From an uncultured Verrucomicrobiales bacterium (GTDB lineage: Bacteria; Verrucomicrobiota; Verrucomicrobiia; Verrucomicrobiales; DEV007): 36,734 bases of DNA. The DNA lies in assembly GCA_938091905.1 (NCBI GenBank), contig CALKOM010000153.1, positions 1 to 36,734 of the forward strand, given 5' to 3'. Position numbers and translations under genes: made by a program. The notes beneath the pieces are model-generated. The model worked only from the letters and a program-made list of their open reading frames with translations. It did no database searches and was not told the DNA's origin. Below are positions 16,257 to 25,790 of this stretch, one piece after another. Each line of letters opens with the position of its first letter. Positions within the stretch are counted from its first letter, which is position 1.

Positions 16257-17846
16257 ATGAAAGGATCACGTAGGCAATTTCTAAAGGGGAGCGGTGCTGT
16301 CGCCGCTGGATTCGTTGGTCTGGAGCGTTTCCTCATTACGGCCGCCCAGGCCAAGCCGAGCCAGAAATACAGCAGCGAGGTGGCGAAATACGGAAAACTA
16401 ATTCCTGATCCGGCGCGGATCCTCGATTTACCTGAGGGCTTTTCTTACAAAGTTATCTCTATTACGGGTGACCCGATGTCGGATGGCCTGCGCACTCCTG
16501 GTGGTCCTGATGGGATGGCGGCTTTTGCCGGCGAGAATGGGCGGGTGGTCTTGGTGAGGAATCACGAGTTGGACGACAATCAGACCTTCCTAAGCCCATT
16601 TGGGATAGCGAATGAACATCTTTTGAAAGTGGATTCCAGCCGTATCTTTGATAAAGGCAATGGAGTGCGTCCGCAGATTGGAGGCACCACGAATGTCGTC
16701 TTCAATCCCAAGACGCTCGAGGTGGAGAAGCAGTTTCTGAGCTTGGCTGGCACTGCTCGCAACTGTGCTGGTGGTCCGACGCCCTGGAATACCTGGATCA
16801 CCTGCGAAGAAACAGTGATTCGTCCGAAAAACGCCCAGGAAATCAAAGAAGAGGAGAAAAGCAAGGCGCGCGAGAGGCGCAAGAAGGAGAAGAATGCCAA
16901 GAGAGCTGCGAAGAAGAAGGCGGCCAAAGACGTGGCACCTGAGAACGAGGTCGCCATTGAGAAGGACGCTAAGAAGAAAGAAGCCAAAGAACTTCCCAAG
17001 CATGAGGAGTATCTTGAGCACGACCACGGCTATAACTTTGAAGTGCCGGCCACGGCGAAAGTGGGATTGTGTGAACCCATTCCCCTCAAAGAGATGGGGC
17101 GATTTAATCACGAAGCCGTGGCGGTCGATCCGGCGAGTGGCATCGTTTATCAAACCGAGGACCGCGATGATGGACTTATCACCCGCTACATTCCGAATGA
17201 GCCAGGCAATCTAAAGGCCGGTGGTGTACTTCAGGCCTTGGTGATCAAAAGCAAGAGGTCCTGCGATACGCGAAATTGGCCGGACACCGGAGAGGGCAAG
17301 ATTCCTGTAGGCGAATCCTTAGAGGTGGAATGGATGACTCTTGAAGACGTGGATAGCCCGGACGATAAACTGCGCACGGATGCTTTCAAAGCGGGCGCGG
17401 CCCGTTTCGCTCGTGGCGAGGGGATGTGGTATGGGAATAGCCAAATCTACTTTGCCTGCACCAGTGGTGGCATTGCGAAGTCCGGGCAGATCTTTGTCTA
17501 TCGTCCTAGCCGCGCTGAGGGAACAGAGGATGAGGCTAAGGAGCCTGGCACGGTCACGCTTTATTTGGAGCCAAACGACACGAGTTTGTTAGAATATGGG
17601 GACAACCTGACGGTCGCTCCATGGGGTGATGTGGTGCTTAGTGAGGACGGAGCAAAGGAGCAGTACATTCGCGGCATCACACCAAACGGCGAAATCTACA
17701 CACTCGCTCGCAGTGCTTATCTAGGAAATTCGGAAATGTGTGGCGTCTGCTTTGCTCCGAATCATCCCACGCTCTTCGTGAATATTCAGAAACCCGGCAT
17801 CACGTTGGCGATCACGGGTCCTTGGGAGACCTTAACCAAGGTCTAG
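16257..17846 (+). CDS. phoX: Tat-exported PhoX-family alkaline phosphatase (DUF839)
   Basis: SRRQFLK twin-arginine signal, and LVRNHE, NCAGGPTPWNTWITCEE, GRFNHEA, YQTED, RGEG, DNL, SED and LFVNIQ motifs. Confidence 0.9.
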   Translation: MKGSRRQFLKGSGAVAAGFVGLERFLITAAQAKPSQKYSSEVAKYGKLIPDPARILDLPEGFSYKVISITGDPMSDGLRTPGGPDGMAAFAGENGRVVLVRNHELDDNQTFLSPFGIANEHLLKVDSSRIFDKGNGVRPQIGGTTNVVFNPKTLEVEKQFLSLAGTARNCAGGPTPWNTWITCEETVIRPKNAQEIKEEEKSKARERRKKEKNAKRAAKKKAAKDVAPENEVAIEKDAKKKEAKELPKHEEYLEHDHGYNFEVPATAKVGLCEPIPLKEMGRFNHEAVAVDPASGIVYQTEDRDDGLITRYIPNEPGNLKAGGVLQALVIKSKRSCDTRNWPDTGEGKIPVGESLEVEWMTLEDVDSPDDKLRTDAFKAGAARFARGEGMWYGNSQIYFACTSGGIAKSGQIFVYRPSRAEGTEDEAKEPGTVTLYLEPNDTSLLEYGDNLTVAPWGDVVLSEDGAKEQYIRGITPNGEIYTLARSAYLGNSEMCGVCFAPNHPTLFVNIQKPGITLAITGPWETLTKV

Positions 17847-17886
17847 AGCGCGCTATTTCCATAGCTTAGAGAGCTTGTGCTCCGTT

Positions 17887-19326
17887 ATGAGGACCATTAG
17901 GATTGGCGTTATGGTTGGCAAATGGCTTCTTTGTATCCTTCTGGGCTTCCAGGTCTCTACGGGTTTCGCTGATTCTGGAAAAGACGAAGATGCCCTGCTG
18001 GTGGCCGGGCTCACACGTGCGCTCGAGGCGAAGCCTTACGATACGAAGATTCGTTTGAAACGGGGGCTCTACTATCTTTGGCGGACGTTCGACTACGCGA
18101 ATGCTTTGGCGGATATTGACCAGGTCCTGGAGTTGGAGCCGAGAAATGCTACTGCTTACATTGCTCGGGCTGATGTCTACACGGGTTGGGATGCTCGATT
18201 CTACGACCCTATCAAGGCGAAAGCCGACGCAGAGAAGGCCTTGGAAATTGCGCCAGATTCTGCTGACGTGTTTCGAATCTTGGGTGACTTGCCAGGGCAT
18301 CCTGGGATGGGCACTCCGGATGATTCCTTTCGAAACTATCAGCGAGCGCTCAAACTGGACCCTAGCAACTTGCTTGCGCAAGTTGGTCTAGCATACACGT
18401 ATTCGAAAAAAGGCACGGGCTTTCACAGTGAAGCAAGGGCACTTAATCACGCTCAGAAAGCTCTTAAAATTGCGCCAGATGAAACACTTGCTTTGGAAGC
18501 GTTGGGAGACCTTCTAACTTCCGACGAAGGGACGCGGGCTGACGGTCTGAAGTTATTGAATCGAGCCATAAGGAACAACCAGCGCAGTGTTGGGACATTC
18601 CTGGCCCGAGGGTACACCTATTTGACGTGGTCGATGGATGAGGAATGGGATGAGATTCTGAGAGCCATGCAAGAATCTGGAGTGAGTGTGTTGGATACCA
18701 TTCGAGGTAACGACAAGCTGTTTCGAAGGGCCATAGAGAAGCTGGGCAAGAATTGTCGCTTGGCTAAGGCACTCAGCGACTTTGAACGAGCTGAGGCTAT
18801 TTGTCCTCATAGCAGTGATGTCTTCTCGGCTCGGGCCTATGCCTTGCAAAACTTTCCTGGCCAGGAACGAAACGCACTTAAAAGTTACAATCGAGTTGTC
18901 GAACTTAGTCCCAAAGACGGAGACGCGTTGGTCCAACGGGCAGAATTTCTCATGGCCAATCCCCAACTCATGATCAACCCCCAAGCTGTCGCTGACCTCG
19001 ACGACAACGCCGATCTCGACGCCGCAGGACTGGGGGAATTGATCGCGAAAAGGTTTCCCATCGTTTCAAAAGAGCTGGAAGCAGATCTTACGAAGGCTTT
19101 GGACTTGGCGCCGACCGCCAAAGTATACTACCTTCGCGGATCAATGCGTGGCTCGGCGCTGAGGGATTACAAAGGCGCTATTGCAGATTTGACCGAAGCG
19201 ATTGCCCTGGAACCTCTGCAGCCAGATTATTATGAGGCAAGGGCCTCGATACACGAGGCTTTTGGCCACGACGAAGAAGCTGCCACGGATCGAGCGCGCA
19301 TTTCCAAGTTAGAGGATTTGGACTAA
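17887..19326 (+). CDS. Secreted tetratricopeptide repeat protein
   Basis: Signal-like N-terminus and many 34-aa TPR motifs (ALADIDQVLELEPRNATAYIARA; AIADLTEAIALEP..PDYYEARA). Confidence 0.85.
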   Translation: MRTIRIGVMVGKWLLCILLGFQVSTGFADSGKDEDALLVAGLTRALEAKPYDTKIRLKRGLYYLWRTFDYANALADIDQVLELEPRNATAYIARADVYTGWDARFYDPIKAKADAEKALEIAPDSADVFRILGDLPGHPGMGTPDDSFRNYQRALKLDPSNLLAQVGLAYTYSKKGTGFHSEARALNHAQKALKIAPDETLALEALGDLLTSDEGTRADGLKLLNRAIRNNQRSVGTFLARGYTYLTWSMDEEWDEILRAMQESGVSVLDTIRGNDKLFRRAIEKLGKNCRLAKALSDFERAEAICPHSSDVFSARAYALQNFPGQERNALKSYNRVVELSPKDGDALVQRAEFLMANPQLMINPQAVADLDDNADLDAAGLGELIAKRFPIVSKELEADLTKALDLAPTAKVYYLRGSMRGSALRDYKGAIADLTEAIALEPLQPDYYEARASIHEAFGHDEEAATDRARISKLEDLD

Positions 19327-19991
19327 GCGTCGCGCAGCGAACGGATGGCCGCAGCGCGATCTGCTGCTTTGAAGATCGTCGTGCCGGCTACCAGTGCATT
19401 AGCACCAGCACGGGTGGCGTCCGCGGCAGTATGAGCATCAATGCCGCCATCCACTTCAATGTGATAACGAAGCCCTTGCCGATTGCGTTCAGTCACGCCT
19501 GCTTCGATCTTTGGCAAAGTCTCACGCATGAATGACTGTCCTCCAAATCCGGGAACCACGGTCATAACTAGGAGTAGATCGATGTCTGTCAGGAAAGGTT
19601 GTACTTCTTCGAAGGGCGTTGAGGGATTCAAAGCTAGGCCTGTTTTGAGACCTGCTTCGCGGATCTTCTTGAGCGTCATTTGGACGTCGTGATGCGACTC
19701 CACGTGTACGGTGATACCGTTGGCTCCAGCCTTGGCAAAAGCCTCCCAATAGTGATCGGGACGTGTGATCATCAGGTGGACGTCAAAGAACAGGTTGGTG
19801 TGTGGTCGCAATGCTTTCACGACACCAGGTCCAAACGAGATATTCTCTACGAAATGGCCGTCCATGACATCGAGGTGCAGCCAGTCGCCACCCTGCGCTT
19901 CGGCATCGGCAGCTTCGTTTCCAAATTTGCCGTAGTCGGATGCCAAGATCGAGGGCGCAACAATACGTGGCGGAAGGAAGGGTGTGGTCAT
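19323..19991 (-). CDS. rpe: Ribulose-phosphate 3-epimerase
   Basis: APSILA, HLDVMDGHFV, DVHLMI, MTVVPGFGGQ and EVDGGI motifs. Confidence 0.96.
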   Translation of the reverse strand: MTTPFLPPRIVAPSILASDYGKFGNEAADAEAQGGDWLHLDVMDGHFVENISFGPGVVKALRPHTNLFFDVHLMITRPDHYWEAFAKAGANGITVHVESHHDVQMTLKKIREAGLKTGLALNPSTPFEEVQPFLTDIDLLLVMTVVPGFGGQSFMRETLPKIEAGVTERNRQGLRYHIEVDGGIDAHTAADATRAGANALVAGTTIFKAADRAAAIRSLRDA

Positions 19992-20019
19992 GACGAGATC
20001 GTAGACCGCCGGTGCAGGT

Positions 20020-20883
20020 TCACCAAACTAAAGCGGCGATTCGGAACAAGGTAGCGTTCCATAGATTAATCAGATTGGTCGACCAATCGGTCAGAAAGCT
20101 CCGCAGGGTGACGGAGCTAGAAGCCAAGATGACGAAGGCGGTGACAACAATGCTATTCGCCAAATAGATGACCAAGAGAGACATGAGCGTGCCGTTCATG
20201 TGTAAATCAGGCTGGTCTTTCAGAAGCATGGTCAGCGTGTAGTAGATATGCATGGTCCAGCTAAATCCAATCATTGCGTAAAACAGAAACATTGGCTTGA
20301 ACGCTAAAGGCCCAAGTTGGATTGTGGTGTTTAGATCCACGAGTAGTCGCGCCACGAGAAACCCAGTTCCAATGAGAACGGTGTAGAATGGAACGAAATA
20401 GGGTGAAAGGGAGATGAGTAAGTTTGATTTGTTAGTGACAACATGTCCGCCGGTCACCGAGACACGAATATCGCCAAAGACTTTCCCACCACACAAATAG
20501 ATGAAGATGACGTGGGTTAGCTCGTGTCCAAACACATACAGGTAGAGAAGTTGGTCCGAGAATCCCCAGACGAGAAGTGGGAGGACGAGCATTCCCATTC
20601 CAAAGAAGAAGACCGGTTCAGTAGTAAGAAAGGATATACCCTTAACAGCTGAGATACTTTGAAGAAATGTCAGTGTTGTAATCCCCGCAAGGAGCGTCAG
20701 AAGGAGAATGAACGCCGCGCGTGCGACGAGCTTCCAATAGGGAGCCGGTGCTTCGCATCGAGTGGTGCGGGCCGGGTTCTTCTTCGCAGAATGACGTTTC
20801 TTGGGCGTTGCACGCTTCTTGGCAGCAGCCTTCTTCTTGGGCCGCGTAGCTTTCTTCTTTGGAGAGGGGCGGTCGCTGGCCAT
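20020..20883 (-). CDS. Integral membrane protein with HExxH motif (M50-like metallopeptidase) and a basic N-terminal tail
   Basis: Several TM segments, YVFGHELTH and ISLSPYF. The first ~40 aa are K/A/P/R-rich. Confidence 0.65.
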   Translation of the reverse strand: MASDRPSPKKKATRPKKKAAAKKRATPKKRHSAKKNPARTTRCEAPAPYWKLVARAAFILLLTLLAGITTLTFLQSISAVKGISFLTTEPVFFFGMGMLVLPLLVWGFSDQLLYLYVFGHELTHVIFIYLCGGKVFGDIRVSVTGGHVVTNKSNLLISLSPYFVPFYTVLIGTGFLVARLLVDLNTTIQLGPLAFKPMFLFYAMIGFSWTMHIYYTLTMLLKDQPDLHMNGTLMSLLVIYLANSIVVTAFVILASSSVTLRSFLTDWSTNLINLWNATLFRIAALVW

Positions 20884-20895
20884 AAGCCAGTCGGA

Positions 20896-21465
20896 CTAAG
20901 CGCGGCTAACGTACTTGCCCGTCCGAGAGTCGATTTTGATCCGGTCGCCTTCTTTCACAAACAGGGGTACCTGTACTTCCAGGCCGGTTTCCATCTTTGC
21001 AGCCTTGGTGGGGTTGTTGGCGGTGTCTCCTTTGAGTCCTTCTGGAGCTTCGGTAACAAGCAATTCAATCGATGGAGGCAATTCGACACTAACGGGTTTG
21101 CCTTCGACAAAGAGCACCTCACAGACAAGGTTCTCGATGAGCATCCCATCGTAGTCAGACAATAACTCTTTTGGCAACTCGACCGTCTCGTAAGTGGTCG
21201 TGTCCATGAAATAGATGCCCGAAGGATCGCTGTAGCTAAACTCCAGCTTCTGACGGTCAGTTTGGATAATCTCGGCTTTCTCGCTTGCAGCAAACCGCAG
21301 ATCCTTTGATTTACCGGAGGCAAAGCTCCGCATGATGACCTGCACGAAACCGGCTCCCTTTCCAGGGGACCGATGTTCGACTTCGAGAAGAATTCCCGAG
21401 TCGCCTTTATACTTGATCGCCATCCCGCGGCGGAGGTTGGATGCTACTACTGTGACAACGGACAT
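20896..21465 (-). CDS. efp: Elongation factor P
   Basis: SPGKGAGFV loop, KGDTA, and METGLEVQVPLFVKEGD..KIDSRTGKYVSRA C-terminus. Confidence 0.96.
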   Translation of the reverse strand: MSVVTVVASNLRRGMAIKYKGDSGILLEVEHRSPGKGAGFVQVIMRSFASGKSKDLRFAASEKAEIIQTDRQKLEFSYSDPSGIYFMDTTTYETVELPKELLSDYDGMLIENLVCEVLFVEGKPVSVELPPSIELLVTEAPEGLKGDTANNPTKAAKMETGLEVQVPLFVKEGDRIKIDSRTGKYVSRA

Positions 21466-21686
21466 AAGATCAGAAAGTTACTTCTTCTAGGAGCAATCCC
21501 TAGAGAAGATTCCGATCTTTTGAAACCGAAACTTGGGAAATTGCTGAACTATTCGACTTTAGTCAGCTGTGACAGTCAACTGCTTCTTGCCTTGTCCGCA
21601 TTGCGACCAGGAAGTTTGAGCAACTGCAGGTTATGATTGAGATCTAAACCTCCACGATTGCTAATCAAAAAGCTAAGTAAAGCTAA

Positions 21687-22280
21687 CTATTCGTACTGTA
21701 TAAGATTGGTGGTCAGGGTGTTAACAAGACCACTATAAAATTCAGCCCAAGACTTGTCGTCTAGCACTGTATTGTAAGGAGGGACCTCGTTTTCCGGGAT
21801 ATCGACCCAAGATCTGCAGCCTCCAAAGCGTTTTATGTAGGATACCTGTAACGGGGCAACAAATCGGTGGGTTTTGACGACTGCGAGGTGCAAAGCCGAT
21901 TGATTTCCGTAATCAAAGCGTTCCTGAAGCAGACTGGGCTGCCAGATGTGGAAGGGTTCCAGGCGTTCGATCTCTCCCCAATCGGAGAGTATCGCATGCC
22001 CTTCGACGCTGCAGAAACCCGAAAACTCCACTGTTTCTCGGTCCTCCTCGGAATCATGACGCTGTTCATCGGAGATCTCTTTCCGAACACCATCGTACTG
22101 TGAGTGGAAGAATGTTGGAAATAGAAGAAAGGCGTTGTGTTGAAAAGCGAATCCCTTGCGACCCTCGGCAATTCCGCCCTTGCGGAGAATGATCGACTGC
22201 TCGCCGCTGAGTAGGGCATCGCAAATGACATGCCATTCTTTGAAGGCGACGTAGGGAGGTTGTAAGTCGTGTTCTTTCAT
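21687..22280 (-). CDS. DUF1802 family protein
   Basis: AFKEW..ICDALLSGEQSIILRKGGIAEG, FLLFPTFFH and FGGCRSWV motifs. Confidence 0.85.
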   Translation of the reverse strand: MKEHDLQPPYVAFKEWHVICDALLSGEQSIILRKGGIAEGRKGFAFQHNAFLLFPTFFHSQYDGVRKEISDEQRHDSEEDRETVEFSGFCSVEGHAILSDWGEIERLEPFHIWQPSLLQERFDYGNQSALHLAVVKTHRFVAPLQVSYIKRFGGCRSWVDIPENEVPPYNTVLDDKSWAEFYSGLVNTLTTNLIQYE

Positions 22281-22360
22281 CCTTTCCGTGTATTCTTTGG
22301 ATTTGGTGGTTCTGTTCAAGCAATCTAGGTTGCTTCACTGGCTACATCCATAAGTGCGGA

Positions 22361-22376
22361 TGTTCCACGTAGAACA
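22361..22376. promoter_or_regulatory. parS-like palindrome (ParB site)
   Basis: TGTTCCACGTAGAACA is one mismatch from the palindrome TGTTCCACGTGGAACA, 13 bp upstream of the mnmG ATG. Confidence 0.72.
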
Positions 22377-22389
22377 AGTCTCACTCTCG

Positions 22390-24249
22390 ATGTTTCAATT
22401 TCCCAAGTACTACGACGTCATCGTGGTTGGTGCCGGTCATGCCGGGACCGAAGCCGCCCTCGCGGCTGCCCGGCTCGGTTGCAAGACGGCAATGCTCACG
22501 CAAAATCTTGATACTATCGCCCAAATGTCCTGCAACCCCGCCATCGGAGGTTTGGCGAAAGGACACATGGTTCGAGAGATCGATGCTCTGGGTGGAATCA
22601 TGGGTTTAAACACCGACGCCACGGGAATCCAGTTTCGTATGCTCAACGCAGCAAAAGGGCCAAGTGTTCGTGCGCCTCGTGCCCAAGCCGACAAGAAGGC
22701 GTATCAGTATCGTCTAAAGTGGATCCTCGAGTCTGCAGAGAATCTCGATCTTCACCAAGGCAATGTGGCTTCGCTTTTTATCGAGAAAGATGCAGTTCGC
22801 GGAGTCGATACCACCCTTGGTCTTCGAATTGCAGGAAAGTCGGTCATCATTACTACAGGGACGTTCATGCGTGGATTGCTGCATGTTGGTCTTCAGAACC
22901 AGAAGGGGGGGCGCATGGGAGACTCACTCTCGACCCTTAGCGACAATCTCAAAGATCTAGGTTTCGAAGTGGATCGTTTTAAGACGGGCACACCTTGTCG
23001 TCTCAACGGTCGATCTATCGACCTATCGAAATGTGATATCCAAGAGGGAGATGCTGATTGTCCTCGATTCAGCTATGTTTCGGACAACGTAAAACGAGAG
23101 GCTCAGGAGGTGCACACACTCAATGATTGGGGAGACCCTTTGTTCCACATGGAACAAATTCCCTGCTGGACCACCTACACCAACGAAAAGACGCACGACA
23201 TCATCCGAGCCAATCTCGATAAGTCCCCAATGTACTGCGGACGCATTGAGGGCGTCGGCCCTCGTTATTGCCCCTCTATTGAAGACAAGGTCGTTCGCTT
23301 CGCAGACAAGGATCGCCACCAATTATTCCTCGAGCCGGAAGGTCGCCACACCCGAGAGTTTTATGTAAATGGGGTATCTACGAGTCTACCCTATGACGTC
23401 CAACTTGCGTTTATCCGCTCGGTTACAGGCTTGGAACAGGCGGAAATCATCCGTCCTGGGTATGCCGTAGAATACGACTATTGCCCTCCAACCCAGCTCC
23501 ATACCACTCTTGAGACCAAGCGAATCGGTGGCCTCTACTTCGCCGGCCAGATTAATGGGACGTCTGGATATGAAGAAGCCGCCTCTCAGGGACTTATGGC
23601 AGGAATCAATGCCGCCACCAAGGTGCGAAGTGAAGGGCCTTTCGTTCTCGGAAGAGACGAAGCCTACATTGGGGTGATGATTGATGATCTCGTGTCAAAG
23701 GGCGTGATCGAGCCTTACCGCATGTTCACGAGTCGAGCCGAATATCGGCTACTGCTTCGCCAGGATAATGCAGACCAACGCCTCACAACAAAAGCACGAC
23801 AACTTGCCGGGCTACTCACGGATGAACGTCTGGCTATTTACGATCAAAAAATCGAGGAGTTAAAGAAGGTTCGAAAAACCGTCGAGAAAGGAAAGTTTGA
23901 AGGACTACCCCTTAGAAAGTGGTTCCGGCGACCTGAGAATACGTATGACAATCTACCCAGAGATCTACGGGGTGATGTGCCAACCGAGATCTGGGACCTT
24001 GTCGAAATCGATCTCAAATACGATGGCTACCTCAACCGCCAGCGAGAGATGGTCGCCCGCACCCAGAAGATGGAGAAACGGAAACTCCCAGAGGACCTGG
24101 ATTACACCAAGGTTTCCGGTCTGAAACGGGAAGCCCAAGATCGACTGCAAACGATTCGGCCGGCGACCCTCGGCCAGGCGAACCGAGTGAGCGGGGTGAC
24201 CCCAGCCGATATCGCCATTATTGCGGTGTGGCTTGAGAAACGAAACTAG
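22390..24249 (+). CDS. mnmG: tRNA uridine-5-carboxymethylaminomethyl(34) synthesis enzyme MnmG (GidA)
   Basis: [44 protein letters not shown] and [12 protein letters not shown] motifs. Confidence 0.97.
   Translation: MFQFPKYYDVIVVGAGHAGTEAALAAARLGCKTAMLTQNLDTIAQMSCNPAIGGLAKGHMVREIDALGGIMGLNTDATGIQFRMLNAAKGPSVRAPRAQADKKAYQYRLKWILESAENLDLHQGNVASLFIEKDAVRGVDTTLGLRIAGKSVIITTGTFMRGLLHVGLQNQKGGRMGDSLSTLSDNLKDLGFEVDRFKTGTPCRLNGRSIDLSKCDIQEGDADCPRFSYVSDNVKREAQEVHTLNDWGDPLFHMEQIPCWTTYTNEKTHDIIRANLDKSPMYCGRIEGVGPRYCPSIEDKVVRFADKDRHQLFLEPEGRHTREFYVNGVSTSLPYDVQLAFIRSVTGLEQAEIIRPGYAVEYDYCPPTQLHTTLETKRIGGLYFAGQINGTSGYEEAASQGLMAGINAATKVRSEGPFVLGRDEAYIGVMIDDLVSKGVIEPYRMFTSRAEYRLLLRQDNADQRLTTKARQLAGLLTDERLAIYDQKIEELKKVRKTVEKGKFEGLPLRKWFRRPENTYDNLPRDLRGDVPTEIWDLVEIDLKYDGYLNRQREMVARTQKMEKRKLPEDLDYTKVSGLKREAQDRLQTIRPATLGQANRVSGVTPADIAIIAVWLEKRN
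23141..23156. promoter_or_regulatory. parS-like palindrome inside mnmG
   Basis: TGTTCCACATGGAACA is one mismatch from TGTTCCACGTGGAACA and encodes LFHMEQ. Confidence 0.72.
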
Positions 24250-24252
24250 AGC

Positions 24253-24747
24253 TCACGGCAGACGTTTGCGTCGTATTGCCGAGAAACACATCCCGGCACC
24301 GCCAACGACAAAAAGACCCGGAAACCAGAGAGTGTAGCCCGGTGCCTTGGTAGGTCTGATTAGGATGGCCATTCCCGGGACCGTTGGATCCACATAACAG
24401 GTGACCTCGTTGCCAACGGAGAACTGGTTCTCCAGTTTCTCGACCTTGCCCCGCTGTCTGGTGTTTCCGGGGATTTCCTTGAGCCGAGTGCCCGTCTGTG
24501 GGGCACCGCCGGCGTGGTAGGCGTAGCGAACCTGGAATTCGTAGCGCGGAGGTTCGGAACCTGGCTGTGGAATGGTCTCGATCCAGGCGGAAACTACCTT
24601 TGCCGGTGTCGGAATCCACGAATCGTAGGCCTTGGCAGCAGAATAACCGCGGGCCAGGAGCCAGCAAAAAGCCAATCCTAACAACATAACTGACAGGCCT
24701 AACGTCAAAAGTAAGCCAATACGGGATCTATCACTAGTCGACTCCAT
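24253..24747 (-). CDS. DUF3592-like membrane protein
   Basis: TM, then W..T.AKVV...VRYAY...G..VTCYVDP..P..AIL, then TM. Its ATG overlaps the PKS stop codon (TAATG at 24745-24749). Confidence 0.75.
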   Translation of the reverse strand: MESTSDRSRIGLLLTLGLSVMLLGLAFCWLLARGYSAAKAYDSWIPTPAKVVSAWIETIPQPGSEPPRYEFQVRYAYHAGGAPQTGTRLKEIPGNTRQRGKVEKLENQFSVGNEVTCYVDPTVPGMAILIRPTKAPGYTLWFPGLFVVGGAGMCFSAIRRKRLP

Positions 24748-25778
24748 TAGGTTAGTTTGGTTAAGTGACAGCCATGGGCCGAAAAGCCAGCACCAAAACT
24801 TGTCAGCCAAAGTTGTTGATTATTAGAAGGTTGTGTTAAAAAAGATTCCAAGGCCAGCATCACCGACGGGCTGCTAACATTGCCATATTTACGAAGAATC
24901 TTTTCCGAATGCGGCAGTGACTCCTCATCGAAGACCGGTGCCAAGACAGTGAGCACATCGCGACCGCCGGTGTGGGCAAGAACAACGTCCGGCTTCAGGG
25001 GCACCTTACTGAAGAGTTCACCGACAGCACCTGCCGCCAATTTTGGTACAGAGCGGTGTAGCTGATTGCGGAGCCTTCCCTGAGCGTTGACGAAGCGGAT
25101 CTTCTCCCGGTGCTCCGGGCGATGCACAGACTGAAAGTCATGGGCACACCACAAACCCGATTTAGATAGATTGTTCCAGATGGAAGCGCTGGCGCCGTCC
25201 CCAAACAGGCAGAGACTGATGAGCACGCCTGGATCATCGTCGATGTAGAAGCAGGCCGAACAGATCTCAACACTAATGGTGGCCACTCGAAGTTCGCGAT
25301 CTGAGGTTTTGAGAAACCCATCGGCAGCACGCATGAGAGGAATGGCCGCTCCGCAGCCAAGGCCGACAAGATCCTGCAAATAGACGTCGGAACGAAGCCC
25401 TAGACGTTCCGCAACATGGCTGGAAACCCCCGGACAAAGGTAGCCTGTGCAAGTACAAACGAACAGGGCGTCGAGCTCTGACGCTGTGATTTCAGCCTGA
25501 TCTAATGCTTCCCTCAATGCCTCGCTCGCCAAGGCGGGTGCATGAATCTCAAAAGCCTCATTGAGTTGCTGGGCATTCATCTGAAAGATTGTCTCCGGTC
25601 TACCCAAGGCAAAGGACCGCTGATCAATTCCAGAATCACCTGACAGAATCTTTTCTAACAACCCCATTGATCGGTCGCTTAACCCACGCTTATGTCCAAA
25701 CTGTTCAAGCGCATCCCAGCAATCGGTCTGCGTGAATGAGGCAGGCGGAAACGCGCTGGAAATAGAACACAGAAACAT
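24747..25778 (-). CDS. Type III polyketide synthase (chalcone/stilbene synthase-like)
   Basis: Catalytic triad Cys (GLGCGAA), His (LAHTGG) and Asn (YGNVSSPSV), plus LFGDGA and SFGAGFS. Confidence 0.92.
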   Translation of the reverse strand: MFLCSISSAFPPASFTQTDCWDALEQFGHKRGLSDRSMGLLEKILSGDSGIDQRSFALGRPETIFQMNAQQLNEAFEIHAPALASEALREALDQAEITASELDALFVCTCTGYLCPGVSSHVAERLGLRSDVYLQDLVGLGCGAAIPLMRAADGFLKTSDRELRVATISVEICSACFYIDDDPGVLISLCLFGDGASASIWNNLSKSGLWCAHDFQSVHRPEHREKIRFVNAQGRLRNQLHRSVPKLAAGAVGELFSKVPLKPDVVLAHTGGRDVLTVLAPVFDEESLPHSEKILRKYGNVSSPSVMLALESFLTQPSNNQQLWLTSFGAGFSAHGCHLTKLT

Positions 25779-25790
25779 GGAATTGCTTGG

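Noticed and set aside
21466..21686. oriC in the AT-richer gap between efp and DUF1802
   Set aside because: I found no cluster of DnaA boxes (TTATCCACA) or a clear unwinding element.
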